Shown: in pieces, positions 29,257-39,500 of the stretch
Layout of the letters: each line of letters begins with the position of its first letter
How positions within the stretch are numbered: position 1 is the stretch's first letter
NCBI GenBank assembly: GCA_049320885.1
Contig: JBMORA010000063.1
Coordinates: forward strand, 64,001-128,000
From: Thermodesulfobacteriota bacterium
Lineage (GTDB): Bacteria; Desulfobacterota; Desulfobacteria; Desulfobacterales; SURF-7
Direction: 5' to 3'
DNA: 64,000 nucleotides
The notes under the pieces: model-generated
The model's database searches: none
Told to the model about the DNA's origin: nothing
What the model saw: the letters and a program-made list of their open reading frames with translations, nothing else
Translations under genes and position numbers: made by a program

Positions 29257-30533
29257 TGTTCGAAAGAGATTACGAAACCATGCCGAGGAAGCAGCTTGAA
29301 GTCCTTCAACTGGAGCGGCTTCAGTCCACCCTCAACCGGGCCTATCTGAATGTGGCCCATTACCGCCGGGCTTTCGACGCCGCCGGGGTCATGCCCGAGG
29401 ATATCGGTTCCCTGACGGAAATGGCCAAGCTGCCGTTCACCACCCGGGAGGATCTGGAGAAGAACTACCCCTACGACATGTTTGCCGTGCCCCTGCGGGA
29501 AGTGGTGCGCATTCACAGTTCCCTCGGCCGGGCGCGCAACGCCATCGTCACCGGCTATACGGCCGGCGATCTCAAGGCCTGGTCCCGGCTGATGGCCCGC
29601 TTCCTTGCGGGCACGGGCATCACCAGCGACGATGTGCTTCAGATTTCCTTCCGTTACGGACTGATGACCGGCGGCTTCGGTTTTCACGCCGCGGCGGAAC
29701 TGATCGGCGCTTCGGTGATTCCGGCGGACATCGGCAACTCCGCGGAACAGGCGGTCATCATCCGCAACTACCTCACCTCGGCCATCGCCTGCACACCGGG
29801 TTTCGCCCTGATTCTCATGGACAAGCTGGAAAGACTGGACGTCAACATCAAGTCCCTGCGCCTGCGGCGGGCCTTGCTAGGTGCGGACAAATTAACCCCT
29901 TCCGTCCGCGGCCGCATCACCAGCGGCCTGGGCGTGGAAGTGTTCAACAGCTATGGCTCCAACGTGGTCATGGGACCCGGCATTGCCGGAGAATGCACGG
30001 CCCATGACGGCCTGCACATATACGAGGATTTTTTCATCCCGGAGGTCATTGATCCTGCAAGCGGCGCCGTGCTGGGGCCCGGCCAAACCGGCGAACTGGT
30101 CATCACCACCCTCATGCGGGAGGCCTTTCCGCTCATCCGCTATCGCACCGGCGATCTTACCCGGATCAACCGGGAACCGTGCGCCTGCGGCCGGACGCAT
30201 TTGCGGCTCGTGGATTTCTATGGCCGGCTCAATAACACCGTCAAAATCAAAGGGGCCAGCGTTTCCCCGGACCGCATCCGGGCCATTCTGGCCGCCGAAG
30301 GGGTGGAGACCCGCATCCGCATCCACATTTACCGCGAGGGCGTCTACGAAAAGGCCGACATCCTCCTGGAGGTGCGCGAAAACATGTTTTTCGATGAAAT
30401 GAAAATTCAGAAAGCCTTTATCGAAAAACTGGAAAACCGCATTCAATCCGGCACCGGCATCCGCATGGGGGTCAAAATCCTGCCCCATTCGGCCTTTCCG
30501 GACGGCCCTTTAGTCACGGACGAACGGGATTAG
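29253..30533 (+). CDS. Phenylacetate-CoA ligase (PaaK)-like protein with degenerate adenylation motifs
   Basis: PaaK-like LPFTT.EDL, YPYDMFAVP, YGLMTGGFGFH, GELVITTL, PLIRYRTGD, CACGRT. P-loop and catalytic Glu/Lys are altered (see findings). Confidence 0.8.
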   Translation: MMFERDYETMPRKQLEVLQLERLQSTLNRAYLNVAHYRRAFDAAGVMPEDIGSLTEMAKLPFTTREDLEKNYPYDMFAVPLREVVRIHSSLGRARNAIVTGYTAGDLKAWSRLMARFLAGTGITSDDVLQISFRYGLMTGGFGFHAAAELIGASVIPADIGNSAEQAVIIRNYLTSAIACTPGFALILMDKLERLDVNIKSLRLRRALLGADKLTPSVRGRITSGLGVEVFNSYGSNVVMGPGIAGECTAHDGLHIYEDFFIPEVIDPASGAVLGPGQTGELVITTLMREAFPLIRYRTGDLTRINREPCACGRTHLRLVDFYGRLNNTVKIKGASVSPDRIRAILAAEGVETRIRIHIYREGVYEKADILLEVRENMFFDEMKIQKAFIEKLENRIQSGTGIRMGVKILPHSAFPDGPLVTDERD

Positions 30534-32542
30534 GCGCGGTACAGGGACTCGATCTCGTCGCGATAGTTTTGATGGATAACCCGCCGTTTCATTTTCAGGG
30601 TCGGCGTCAGCTCGCCGGATTCTTCGCTGAAAACCCTCGGCAGCAGTCGATATTTCTTGATCTGTTCATAGCGGGCCAGCCCCCGGTTGACCTTTTCGAT
30701 GGTTTCGTCGAAATGCCGGACCACCTCGGGTAGCTGAACCAGATCGTCGTTGCGGTTGAAGGCGATGCCTTTTTTGCGGGCCAGTTCCCGCAGCAAATCG
30801 AACTGGGGCACGATCAGGGCGGTGATGAAATTGCGGCCGTCGCCCACCACGCAGCATTGGTCGATATACAAATCGCTGATCAACGCCATTTCAATGGGGT
30901 TGGGCGCAATGTTCTTGCCGCCGGAAGTGACGATCAGCTCCTTTTTGCGGTCCGTGATCTTGAGGAAGCCGTCGGCGTCGATCTCGCCGATGTCGCCGGT
31001 CTTGAAATACCCGTCCTCCGTGAAGACCTCCGCGGTCTTGGCAGGCTGTTTGAAATAACCGTTTGCCCGGGAGAATACCTGGGGACCTTTCACCAGGACT
31101 TCGCCGTCCTCGGCGATTCGGATATCCGTGTCCTTGCAGGGCCGGCCGACAAACCCGGGTTTGATGATGAAATGCGGCAGGATCTTCTTGGAAACCACGG
31201 TGGCCTTCAGGATGTTCTTGAAGGATTTATACGGGCACTGTCCGCTCCCCTGGGTGAGAATCAGCACGTCGATCAACCAGGCCAGCGCCTTGCGGTAAAT
31301 CCATTTATCCGGCAGCGGCTCCACGAAAACCGGCGCATTGGAGGATACGGCCGAGGTGGTTTCCGTCAACCCGTAGCCCTCGGTGATGGTGATATTCATG
31401 CTGCGGAAAAACTTGGTGATATCCCGCTGCAGGGCCGCGCCGCCGCTGCCCGCCACCACCAGCCGGTCGAAACCGATCACCTTCCGGACCTTGTCGAACA
31501 CCAGCGCGTTGGCCAGGGCGAATTGAACCCCCAGGGCCGGCGGTAGGGGTTCGCCGGCGATCATATGATCCGCGGCCTTATCGCCGACTTTCAGGGCCCA
31601 ATCAAACGTTTTTTTGTCCCGGCCTTTCAATTTTTCCGCATGCCGCTTGATCCCTTCATGGAATTTTTCATACAGCCGGGGAACCGAGAACAGCACCTGG
31701 GGCTTTACTTCCAGCAGGTTTTCCTGGACTTTCTGGATGCTCTCGGCGAAATGGATCGTCGTGCCGATGGCCATCTGCAGGTGATAGTCGTTGGCCCGGC
31801 CCATGACATGGCAGAGGGGCAGAAAACACAGGCTGTTCAGCCGGATCCCTCGCTCGATGATTTTCTGCAGGATCGGCGTGCTCATGAGGACGTCGGTCTG
31901 GGCGCAAAAATTCCCCTGGCTCAGCATGACGCCCTTGGGGTTTCCGGTGGTACCCGACGTATAGATGATGGCGGCGATGTCTTCCTTCGTGAGGGCCTTG
32001 CGGCGTTGATCAAAAGCCTCCAGCGCCGGGGGCGCCGCGGCGCCTTTCCGCAAAAGGCCTTCAAAATCGAGACTGCCGCCGTCCGGCGCCGATGCCAGCG
32101 GTGAAAGGCAGACGACGAATTGCAGCGTGGGGATCTCCGGCTTTACCCTCAGGACCTGGGCCAGAAGTTCCATGTCGCCGGCGATGACGGCTTTGGCGCC
32201 GCAGTCATTGAGAATGAACGCCAGCTGGCTGTCGGTGCTGGTGGGATAGATGGGAACCCCGACGGCGCCGGTCCCTTGAATGGCCAGATCCGCCATGATC
32301 CATCGCGGCTGGTTGTGCGCGAACAATCCGATGCAGTCCGTTTTCTGGATTCCCATTTCCATCAGACCGGCGCCGGCATGCCGCGCCGCTTGGGCGGCCG
32401 CCGACCAGGTGATGTCCGTCCATTGCCCGCAGGGCAGACCGTCGGCATCTTTCGCCCGCATGAAAACATCGCCGCCGAATCGTCCGGCCTGGATGAAAAA
32501 AAGACCCACCTGGGAATTTTCCGTCTGATAAGCGTATGCCAT
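30530..32542 (-). CDS. fadD: Long-chain acyl-CoA synthetase (AMP-forming)
   Basis: IIYTSGTTGNPKG, FLPLCH, SVPRLYEK, EGYGLTET, FKTGDIG, ITDRKKELIVTSGGKNIAP, ELTPTLKMKR. Confidence 0.9.
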   Translation of the reverse strand: MAYAYQTENSQVGLFFIQAGRFGGDVFMRAKDADGLPCGQWTDITWSAAAQAARHAGAGLMEMGIQKTDCIGLFAHNQPRWIMADLAIQGTGAVGVPIYPTSTDSQLAFILNDCGAKAVIAGDMELLAQVLRVKPEIPTLQFVVCLSPLASAPDGGSLDFEGLLRKGAAAPPALEAFDQRRKALTKEDIAAIIYTSGTTGNPKGVMLSQGNFCAQTDVLMSTPILQKIIERGIRLNSLCFLPLCHVMGRANDYHLQMAIGTTIHFAESIQKVQENLLEVKPQVLFSVPRLYEKFHEGIKRHAEKLKGRDKKTFDWALKVGDKAADHMIAGEPLPPALGVQFALANALVFDKVRKVIGFDRLVVAGSGGAALQRDITKFFRSMNITITEGYGLTETTSAVSSNAPVFVEPLPDKWIYRKALAWLIDVLILTQGSGQCPYKSFKNILKATVVSKKILPHFIIKPGFVGRPCKDTDIRIAEDGEVLVKGPQVFSRANGYFKQPAKTAEVFTEDGYFKTGDIGEIDADGFLKITDRKKELIVTSGGKNIAPNPIEMALISDLYIDQCCVVGDGRNFITALIVPQFDLLRELARKKGIAFNRNDDLVQLPEVVRHFDETIEKVNRGLARYEQIKKYRLLPRVFSEESGELTPTLKMKRRVIHQNYRDEIESLYRA

Positions 32543-32731
32543 GACTGACCTCCTTGTTCACCATCGGTGGCTTTGGTGATTTTCCATGCAGTTCGCGTTT
32601 TCCGGCATTGATCTGAAGGTTGTTCAGTAAAACAATTTCATGAGATATTCAATAGATTTATTGATTTTTTTTGTCACCTCCATTACAGTTACGCCATCCG
32701 GAACACAATCGATCTTTTTTGTTTCCTGTTA

Positions 32732-32746
32732 TGGCACCTGGATTGC
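32732..32746 (+). promoter_or_regulatory. Sigma54 (-24/-12) promoter
   Basis: TGGCAC-CTGGA-TTGC (GG-N10-GC), about 90 bp upstream of the kinase start. Confidence 0.75.
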
Positions 32747-32834
32747 CCCACCCGCTGGAATCCGTGCCAATGAATACGTCCCATCCGTTGAACCCTTCAT
32801 TTCGGCGCGGATCCGAACCTGCCGGGAGAATTCA

Positions 32835-34841
32835 GTGGATCACCAGATGAACGCCACGTTGCAAAAACCCTCCTACGAAGCTCTGGAAAAGAGAGTCCGG
32901 GAACTGGAGCGCGCCGAGCATTCCCGGAAGTCCGCCGACGACCCGCTGGGGATCAGCTGGGAAATGTATTCTCTTCTGATGGAAACCGCGAGCGACATCA
33001 TCTGGGTATTCGATCTCGCCACCATGACCTATACTTTTTGTTCGAAGTCCGTGGAAACCATCCTCGGTCACCGGGTGGAGGACACCCGTGGCGCGACACT
33101 GGATATGGTCTTTTCCGGAGATACCAAACAGCACGTACTGGAAGCTTTCGGGAAGGTTATGATCGGAAAGGCCGATACCACCAAGGTTCTGCTGGAGGCG
33201 GAACATAAACACAGGGACGGCCGCCTGATCTGGATGGAAATCAATGCGGTGATGCAGAAAGACAGTTCAGGCCGGCCGTTATCCTTCATCGGCATCTCAC
33301 GGGACATAAGCCAGCGGAAGCAATCGGAAGAAGAATCCAGAAAACTGGCATCCGTCGTCCGCCACAGCCGGGAGCTCGTCAACATGGCGACCCCCGACGG
33401 CAGGATGTTCTTTCTGAACGACGCCGGGAAAAAAATGCTGGGGATTTCGGAAGAAGAAGTCCCGCGGACGAACATCATGAGCGTCATTCCCGCCCATTTT
33501 CGCGACAAGGTCCTGCAGGAAATCCTGCCGTCCATCCGGAAAAACGGTTATTGGGAAGGGGAACTCCAGTATCTCAATCTCAAGACAGGCCGTCTGAACG
33601 ATGTGTATGCCATAACCTATTCCATCGTCGATCCGAAAACCGGCGAATTGCAATTTCTGGCCAATGTCTCCCTGGACATCACGGATTACAAGCGGATGCA
33701 GGCCCAGCTGATCCAGTCCCAAAAAATGGAAGCCGTCGGCAGGCTGGCGGGCGGTGTGGCCCACGATTTCAACAATATGCTCGCAGTGATCATCGGCCGC
33801 GCGGAAACGGCGCTGATGAAGCTTTCGCCCGCGGATGGTCTCTACAAGGATCTGCTTGAAATCCAGTCAATCGGAAAACGCTCCGCCGAACTGACCAAAC
33901 AACTGCTGGGGTTCGCCCGCCGGCAGACCATCGCTCCCAGGGTGATCAACCTGAACCACGCGGTTGAAGGCATGCTCAAGATGCTGGGCCGACTGATCGG
34001 CGAGCACATCGAACTGCTGTGGAAACCCGCCGCCGAACTCTGGGACGTCAAGATAGACCCGGCCCAGATCGATCAAATCCTGGCCAATCTTATGGTCAAC
34101 GCCCGGGATGCCATCCAGGGACCGGGAACCATCGTCCTGGAAACGGCGAACATGGTCTGCGATGCCGGCTTCTGCGCCGCCAACGCCGATGTCGTTCCCG
34201 GGGAGTATATCCTCCTGGCCGTGGGCGATAACGGCGTCGGTCTGAACCAGGAGACGCTGGAAAAAATCTTCGAACCGTTTTTCACCACCAAGCCGACGGG
34301 TCACGGAACAGGGCTCGGCCTGGCCACGGTATATGGCATCGTCAAACAAAACAACGGGTTCATCAAGGTGCAGAGCGAGCCGGGATCCGGCACGACCTTC
34401 CGGATTTTTTTCCCCCGGTGTATGGGCCCCCCGGCTGAAAGGTGCATGCCGTCACCTGAAACACCGCCCGCCGGCGGTTCGGAAACGATCCTGATTGTGG
34501 AAGACGATCCGTCTATTTTGGAAGTTGCCGAAATCATGCTGAAAAAATTGGGATACGCTTTATTGACCGCCTCCACGCCGACGGAGGCGATGCGCCTGGC
34601 GGAAAAGGTCAGCGGGGAAATCCATTTGATCATGACCGACGTGGTGATGCCGGAAATGAACGGACCGGAAATAGCCGAACGCATGCAACGCCTTTTCCCC
34701 CGGATCAAAAGCCTCTACATGTCGGGTTACACCGCCAATGTGATCGCCCACCACGGCATTCTGGAAGAAGGGGTGCATTTTATCCAGAAACCCTTTTCAA
34801 TGAAGGAGTTGTCCGCCAAGGTGCGAGCAGCGCTGGCATAA
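32835..34841 (+). CDS. Cytoplasmic PAS-PAS hybrid sensor kinase
   Basis: KPSYEALEKRVRELE coil, two PAS-PAC domains, GVAHDFNN, NLMVNARDA, GTGLGL, REC. GTG 32835 after GGGAG (alternative ATG 32847). Confidence 0.9.
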   Translation: MDHQMNATLQKPSYEALEKRVRELERAEHSRKSADDPLGISWEMYSLLMETASDIIWVFDLATMTYTFCSKSVETILGHRVEDTRGATLDMVFSGDTKQHVLEAFGKVMIGKADTTKVLLEAEHKHRDGRLIWMEINAVMQKDSSGRPLSFIGISRDISQRKQSEEESRKLASVVRHSRELVNMATPDGRMFFLNDAGKKMLGISEEEVPRTNIMSVIPAHFRDKVLQEILPSIRKNGYWEGELQYLNLKTGRLNDVYAITYSIVDPKTGELQFLANVSLDITDYKRMQAQLIQSQKMEAVGRLAGGVAHDFNNMLAVIIGRAETALMKLSPADGLYKDLLEIQSIGKRSAELTKQLLGFARRQTIAPRVINLNHAVEGMLKMLGRLIGEHIELLWKPAAELWDVKIDPAQIDQILANLMVNARDAIQGPGTIVLETANMVCDAGFCAANADVVPGEYILLAVGDNGVGLNQETLEKIFEPFFTTKPTGHGTGLGLATVYGIVKQNNGFIKVQSEPGSGTTFRIFFPRCMGPPAERCMPSPETPPAGGSETILIVEDDPSILEVAEIMLKKLGYALLTASTPTEAMRLAEKVSGEIHLIMTDVVMPEMNGPEIAERMQRLFPRIKSLYMSGYTANVIAHHGILEEGVHFIQKPFSMKELSAKVRAALA

Positions 34842-34892
34842 AATGCCGCAAGAGGGATTCCTGAAAAGCGGTTCCCTTAAGGAGGCGGCATT
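34842..34892. terminator. Imperfect stem-loop between convergent kinase and metF
   Basis: AATGCCGC (34842-34849) pairs with GCGGCATT (34885-34892), with an inner AGGGA/TCCCT pair. Confidence 0.45.
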
Positions 34893-34926
34893 CCTGTGGA
34901 TCCGGAAAAGAGGCGGCCCGGTCCGG

Positions 34927-35829
34927 TCAGGCAGGATTCGCCCGGACCACTCCGGCGGCGGCCATGATGTCCGGGACGGTCTCCTCCTTGCCGATGGCCA
35001 TGATGTGGACCCCGTCGCAGATCTTCTCCTCATGAATCCGCCGGATCATGCGGCCGGCGATTTCGATGCCCTTGGCCAAGGCGCCGCCCTTGGGCGCGGC
35101 GGCCATTTCGTCGATCAGTTCCTGGGGCACGTTGACGCCGGCGATGTTCTTGTTCATGAAGCGCGCCATGGGCGCGGAGGTGAGCAGGATGACGCCGGCC
35201 AGGATTTTCACCGGGAATTGGCGGGCGTACTCCATGAAGGCCTTGAGCCTGTCCAGATCATAGACCGCCTGGGTCTGAATGAATTCGGCGCCGGCCTCGA
35301 TTTTTTTTTCGAACTTGATCAGCTGGGGCTCCAGCGGCTCGGCCTCGGGTGTGACAATGGCCCCGGCGCAATAGGACACCTCGCCGTCCAGATCGTTGCC
35401 CCCCAGATCCTTGCCCTTTTCCAGGGTGCGGATGGCGGCCACCAGTTGGCTGGAATCCAGATCGAACACCGGTTTGGCCTGCTTGTGGTCCCCGAGCATG
35501 ACCGAGTCGCCGGTCAGACAAAGCACGTTGCGCACCCCCCGGCTCCAGGCGAACAAGAGGTCGGCCTGGAGGGCCAGACGGTTGCGGTCGCGGCAGGTCA
35601 TCTGCAGGATGGGCTCGCCGCCCTTTTCCTTCACGAGGAGGGCGCCTCCAAGGGAAGGATACCGCATCACCGAACTCTGGTGATCGGTGAGGTTCATGGC
35701 ATCCACCTTATCCTTCAGCAAATCGATGTGATGGGTCATCTTGTCCAAGTGGGCGCCCTTGGGCGGAGCCAGTTCACAGGTGACCACGAATCTGCCGGAA
35801 ACAAGCGCTTTTTTGAATTCAGAAACCAT
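34927..35829 (-). CDS. metF: Methylene-THF reductase catalytic subunit
   Basis: CELAPPKG, NLTD, QMTCRDRNRLALQ, CLTGD, KIEAGAEFIQTQ, GVHIM. Alternative start 35874 is ATGA-coupled to metV. Confidence 0.93.
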   Translation of the reverse strand: MVSEFKKALVSGRFVVTCELAPPKGAHLDKMTHHIDLLKDKVDAMNLTDHQSSVMRYPSLGGALLVKEKGGEPILQMTCRDRNRLALQADLLFAWSRGVRNVLCLTGDSVMLGDHKQAKPVFDLDSSQLVAAIRTLEKGKDLGGNDLDGEVSYCAGAIVTPEAEPLEPQLIKFEKKIEAGAEFIQTQAVYDLDRLKAFMEYARQFPVKILAGVILLTSAPMARFMNKNIAGVNVPQELIDEMAAAPKGGALAKGIEIAGRMIRRIHEEKICDGVHIMAIGKEETVPDIMAAAGVVRANPA

Positions 35830-35870
35830 GGCTCGTCCATCCTTTTCCGAAACGGTTCGATTGACGATCG

Positions 35871-36527
35871 TCATGCGTCGGCCTTATTTTCAAAATGGCC
35901 GGGTTTGGGCTCGCCCAGATAATTCCGGGGGCCGAAAAGCCGGCGCATGGAATCCAGCCGGTCCAACGCTTTCAGGCGGTTGTAGATCAGGGTCCAGGCA
36001 CAGTCCTTGTTCTTGTCGATCTCGCATTTACCCTTGTCGGTTCCACCGCAGGGACCGTTCACCAGGCCTTTGTGGCAGGAAGTGACCGGGCAGATCCCGC
36101 CGGTTTCGCCGATGATGCAGGTGCCGCACTGGGTGCAGATTTCCTGGAACCGGCCGGCGGCGGTTTCCTTGCCGATGAACAGCGTGTCCAGAGCCGGAAT
36201 GACATTCTTCCCGATCTGCCTGGCCAGGGTCTGGACGCCGAAGGCGCAGCTCATCACCAGCAGGGCCGTGGCCTGCTGAATGCCGGCGTCGCATTCCCGA
36301 AGCATTTCCAGGGTCAGGTTGTCGCAGGCCACCGGCACAACGGTCTGACCGGTGACCATTTTTCCGGCCTGGGACAGCCGTTCCTTCATGGCGGCCACCT
36401 GCTCCGTTCCGCCGGTGCGGGTGAGGGTCGCGCAGGTGCCGCAACCGATGATGAAAATGCGGTTGAAATCCGCCAGAAGCCGCGTCAGTTCCGCCTCCGG
36501 CTTGGGCTGGGTGATGGATCGAATCAT
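35871..36527 (-). CDS. metV: Methylene-THF reductase small Fe-S/Zn subunit
   Basis: GCGTCAT, AC, SCAFGVQ, CTQCGTC...GGICPVTSCHKGLVNGPCGG...GKCE...CAW; directly upstream of metF. Confidence 0.9.
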   Translation of the reverse strand: MIRSITQPKPEAELTRLLADFNRIFIIGCGTCATLTRTGGTEQVAAMKERLSQAGKMVTGQTVVPVACDNLTLEMLRECDAGIQQATALLVMSCAFGVQTLARQIGKNVIPALDTLFIGKETAAGRFQEICTQCGTCIIGETGGICPVTSCHKGLVNGPCGGTDKGKCEIDKNKDCAWTLIYNRLKALDRLDSMRRLFGPRNYLGEPKPGHFENKADA

Positions 36528-36531
36528 GATG

Positions 36532-39500
36532 TCATCTCCTCTCTTTCTCCAGGTCGCACCGCAGGCAGCGATAGGCTTCCCGACCGGCTTCCTCCGCGCT
36601 GACAAAGCCTTTTTCAACTTCGCGGAAGTCCCTGACGCGCTCACGCGGTTGCTCCAGTTCGACCTGTATGCGCGGTTTTTCCGCCGCTGATTCCTCCTCC
36701 AGAGCCAGACCGGCGTCGACGGGTGTGCGCGTTTTTTCGTCGATGATGGTGATGCGGCCCGTGTCACCGCTCAAAAAACGGTGAACGGCTATGGCCGCCC
36801 GTCGTCCCGAGGCGATGGCGGAGATCACGGTGCTGGGACCGGTGGTGAAATCGCCGCCGGCGAAAATACCGGGTACATTGGTGGACAAACGGTTGGCGTC
36901 TACTTCCAGGCTGCCCCAGAGGGAACGCTCGATCTGGCTGTCCTTGGAAAGAAAGGAAATGTCCGGGGCCTGACCGATGGCGATGATCACCGCGCCGGCT
37001 TCCACCTGCCGGATCTCGGTCTCGTCCAGGCTCAGGCGCGAGCGTCCGTCGGCGTCATATACGGTTTTGCTGCGCGCGAATTCCATGCCGGCCACCCGGC
37101 CGTTGTTCCGCAGGATGGATTTGGGCGCCCACATGGGATGAATGGTGATCCCTTCCTCCTCCGCCTCCTCGATGTCCTTGACCCAGGCCGGCATTTCCTG
37201 AACGCTTCGGCGGTAATAGATCTGCACGTCTTCCGCACCCATGCGCAGAGCCGTCCTGGCCGCATCCAGGGCCACATTGCCGCCGCCGATCACCAGCACC
37301 TTGCCGCCCAGGGGCACGGATTTGCCGGTGCGGACGGCCGTCAGGAACTGAAGGCCGTAATGCAGTCCCGTTACCCCCTCCCCTTCTCCGGCGATGCCCA
37401 TGCGCATGCTGGCCTGGGCCCCGGCGGCGATGAAGACCGCGCCGTACCCTTCGGCCATCAAATCATTGACCGTATGTTTGGCATCGATGGGAGCATTGTA
37501 GCGGATATCCACCCCGCAGTTTGCAATGTAGGCGATTTCCTGCTCGATGATCCGCCGCGGCAGCCGGAATTCCGGCACGGCGATCCCCAGCATGCCGCCG
37601 CCCCGGTCCTGGGATTCGAACACCGTGACCTTGTACCCCGATTTGGCCAGAAAATAGCCGCAGGTCAGTCCGGCGGGGCCTGCCCCCACCACGGCCACGG
37701 TCTGTTTTCGGGTGACGGGAAAGGGGTTCCGTTCGGGACCGATGTGCTCGAAATACCAATCCGCGGCAAAACGCTTCAGGGACCGTATGGCCACCGGATC
37801 ATCCAATTCGCCGCGCCGGCATTTGGTTTCGCAGGGATGGATGCAGATCCGTCCGCAGACGGCCGGAAACGGGTTGCGCTCCCGGATGATCTCCACCGCC
37901 TGCCGGTACTGGCCGCGGGCCACTGCCGCCACATAATTGGGGACATCGATGCCCGCCGGACAGGCATGCTGGCAGGCGGAAATGACCATGGCGTCGCAGA
38001 CGGCGCCGGAACAGCGATGTTCCCGGATATGATCCTCGTATTCCTTGGCAAAATATCGCAGGGTGGAAATGGCCGGCTTGGCGCAGGTCTGGCCGAGACC
38101 GCAGAGGGAGGTCTCCGTGACGGTGGCGCCGATTTCGCGGATGCGGTCCAGATCCGTCGGGTTTCCCTGACCGCGGGTGATGCGTGTCAGGATTTTCAGG
38201 AGCTGGGTGGTTCCCAGACGACAGGGCGCGCATTTGCCGCAGGATTCGGACTGGGTGAATTCCAGAAAAAAACGGGCGATTTCCACCATGCAGTTGTTTT
38301 CATCCATCACCACCATGCCGCCGGATCCCATGATGGCCCCGATCCGCTGGAGGGTGTCGTAGTCTATCGGAATGTTCAGATAATTGGCGGGCACACAGCC
38401 GCCCGAAGGTCCGCCCATCTGCACGGCCTTGAACTTCCGGCCCTTGGGAATCCCGCCGCCGATGTCAAAGACCACCTCGCGGATGCTGACGCCCATGGGG
38501 ACTTCCACCAGGCCGGTGTTGTTCACCTTTCCCACCAGGGAAAAGATCTTGGTGCCCTTGCTCTTTTCCGTGCCCACCTCACCGTACCAGGCGGCGCCGT
38601 GGTTGATGATCAGGGGGATATTGGCCCAGGTCTCCACGTTGTTGATATTGGTGGGTTTGCCGGCCAGACCGGCCTGGGCCGGGAAAGGCGGCCGGGCCCG
38701 GGGCATCCCCCGCTGGCCTTCGATGGAGGCCATCAGGGCGGTTTCCTCGCCGCAGACAAAGGCACCGGCCCCTTTTTTCAGGCCGAGATGGAAGCGGAAA
38801 CCGGTACCCATGATGTCCTCGCCCAAAAGCCCCAGGGATTCCATCTGCCGGATGGCGATGGTGAGGTGATCGATGGCGATGGGGTATTCCTCGCGCACAT
38901 ACACATAGCCGTATTCCGCGCCGATGGCGTAGGCCCCGATGAGCATGCCTTCCAGCACGGCATGGGGGTCGCCCTCCAGCACGGCCCGGTCCATGAAGGC
39001 TCCGGGGTCGCCTTCATCGGCGTTGCAGATGATGTATTTCGGCTTGCCCTCGGCTTCCCGGGCGAACCGCCATTTCTGGCCGGTGGGAAACCCCGCCCCT
39101 CCCCGGCCGCGCAGCCTGGCGGCGATGACCTCCTCGATGATCTCATCGGGCCGCATCCGGGTCAGGGCCTTGACCAGGGCCTGATACCCACCGGCAGCGA
39201 TATAGTCCTCGATATCGGTGGGATCGATCTGCCCGCAATTGGAAAGGACCCGGCGCACCTGCTTGCTGAAAAAGGGAATGTCCCGCTCCCGGGGGATTGG
39301 GGCCCGGGTATCCGGGTCCGTGTAGAGCAGACGCGGAACCTGTTCCCCCCGTTTCACGGTCAGGTTGACGATATCCGGCACGTCCCGGGGCTCCACCTGG
39401 TTGTAGAAAATATCCTCCGGCTCGATGTTCATCACCGGACCTTTTTCGCAGAATCCGCGGCAACCGGTTTTTTTGATCACGATCTGATCCGCAAGACCCT

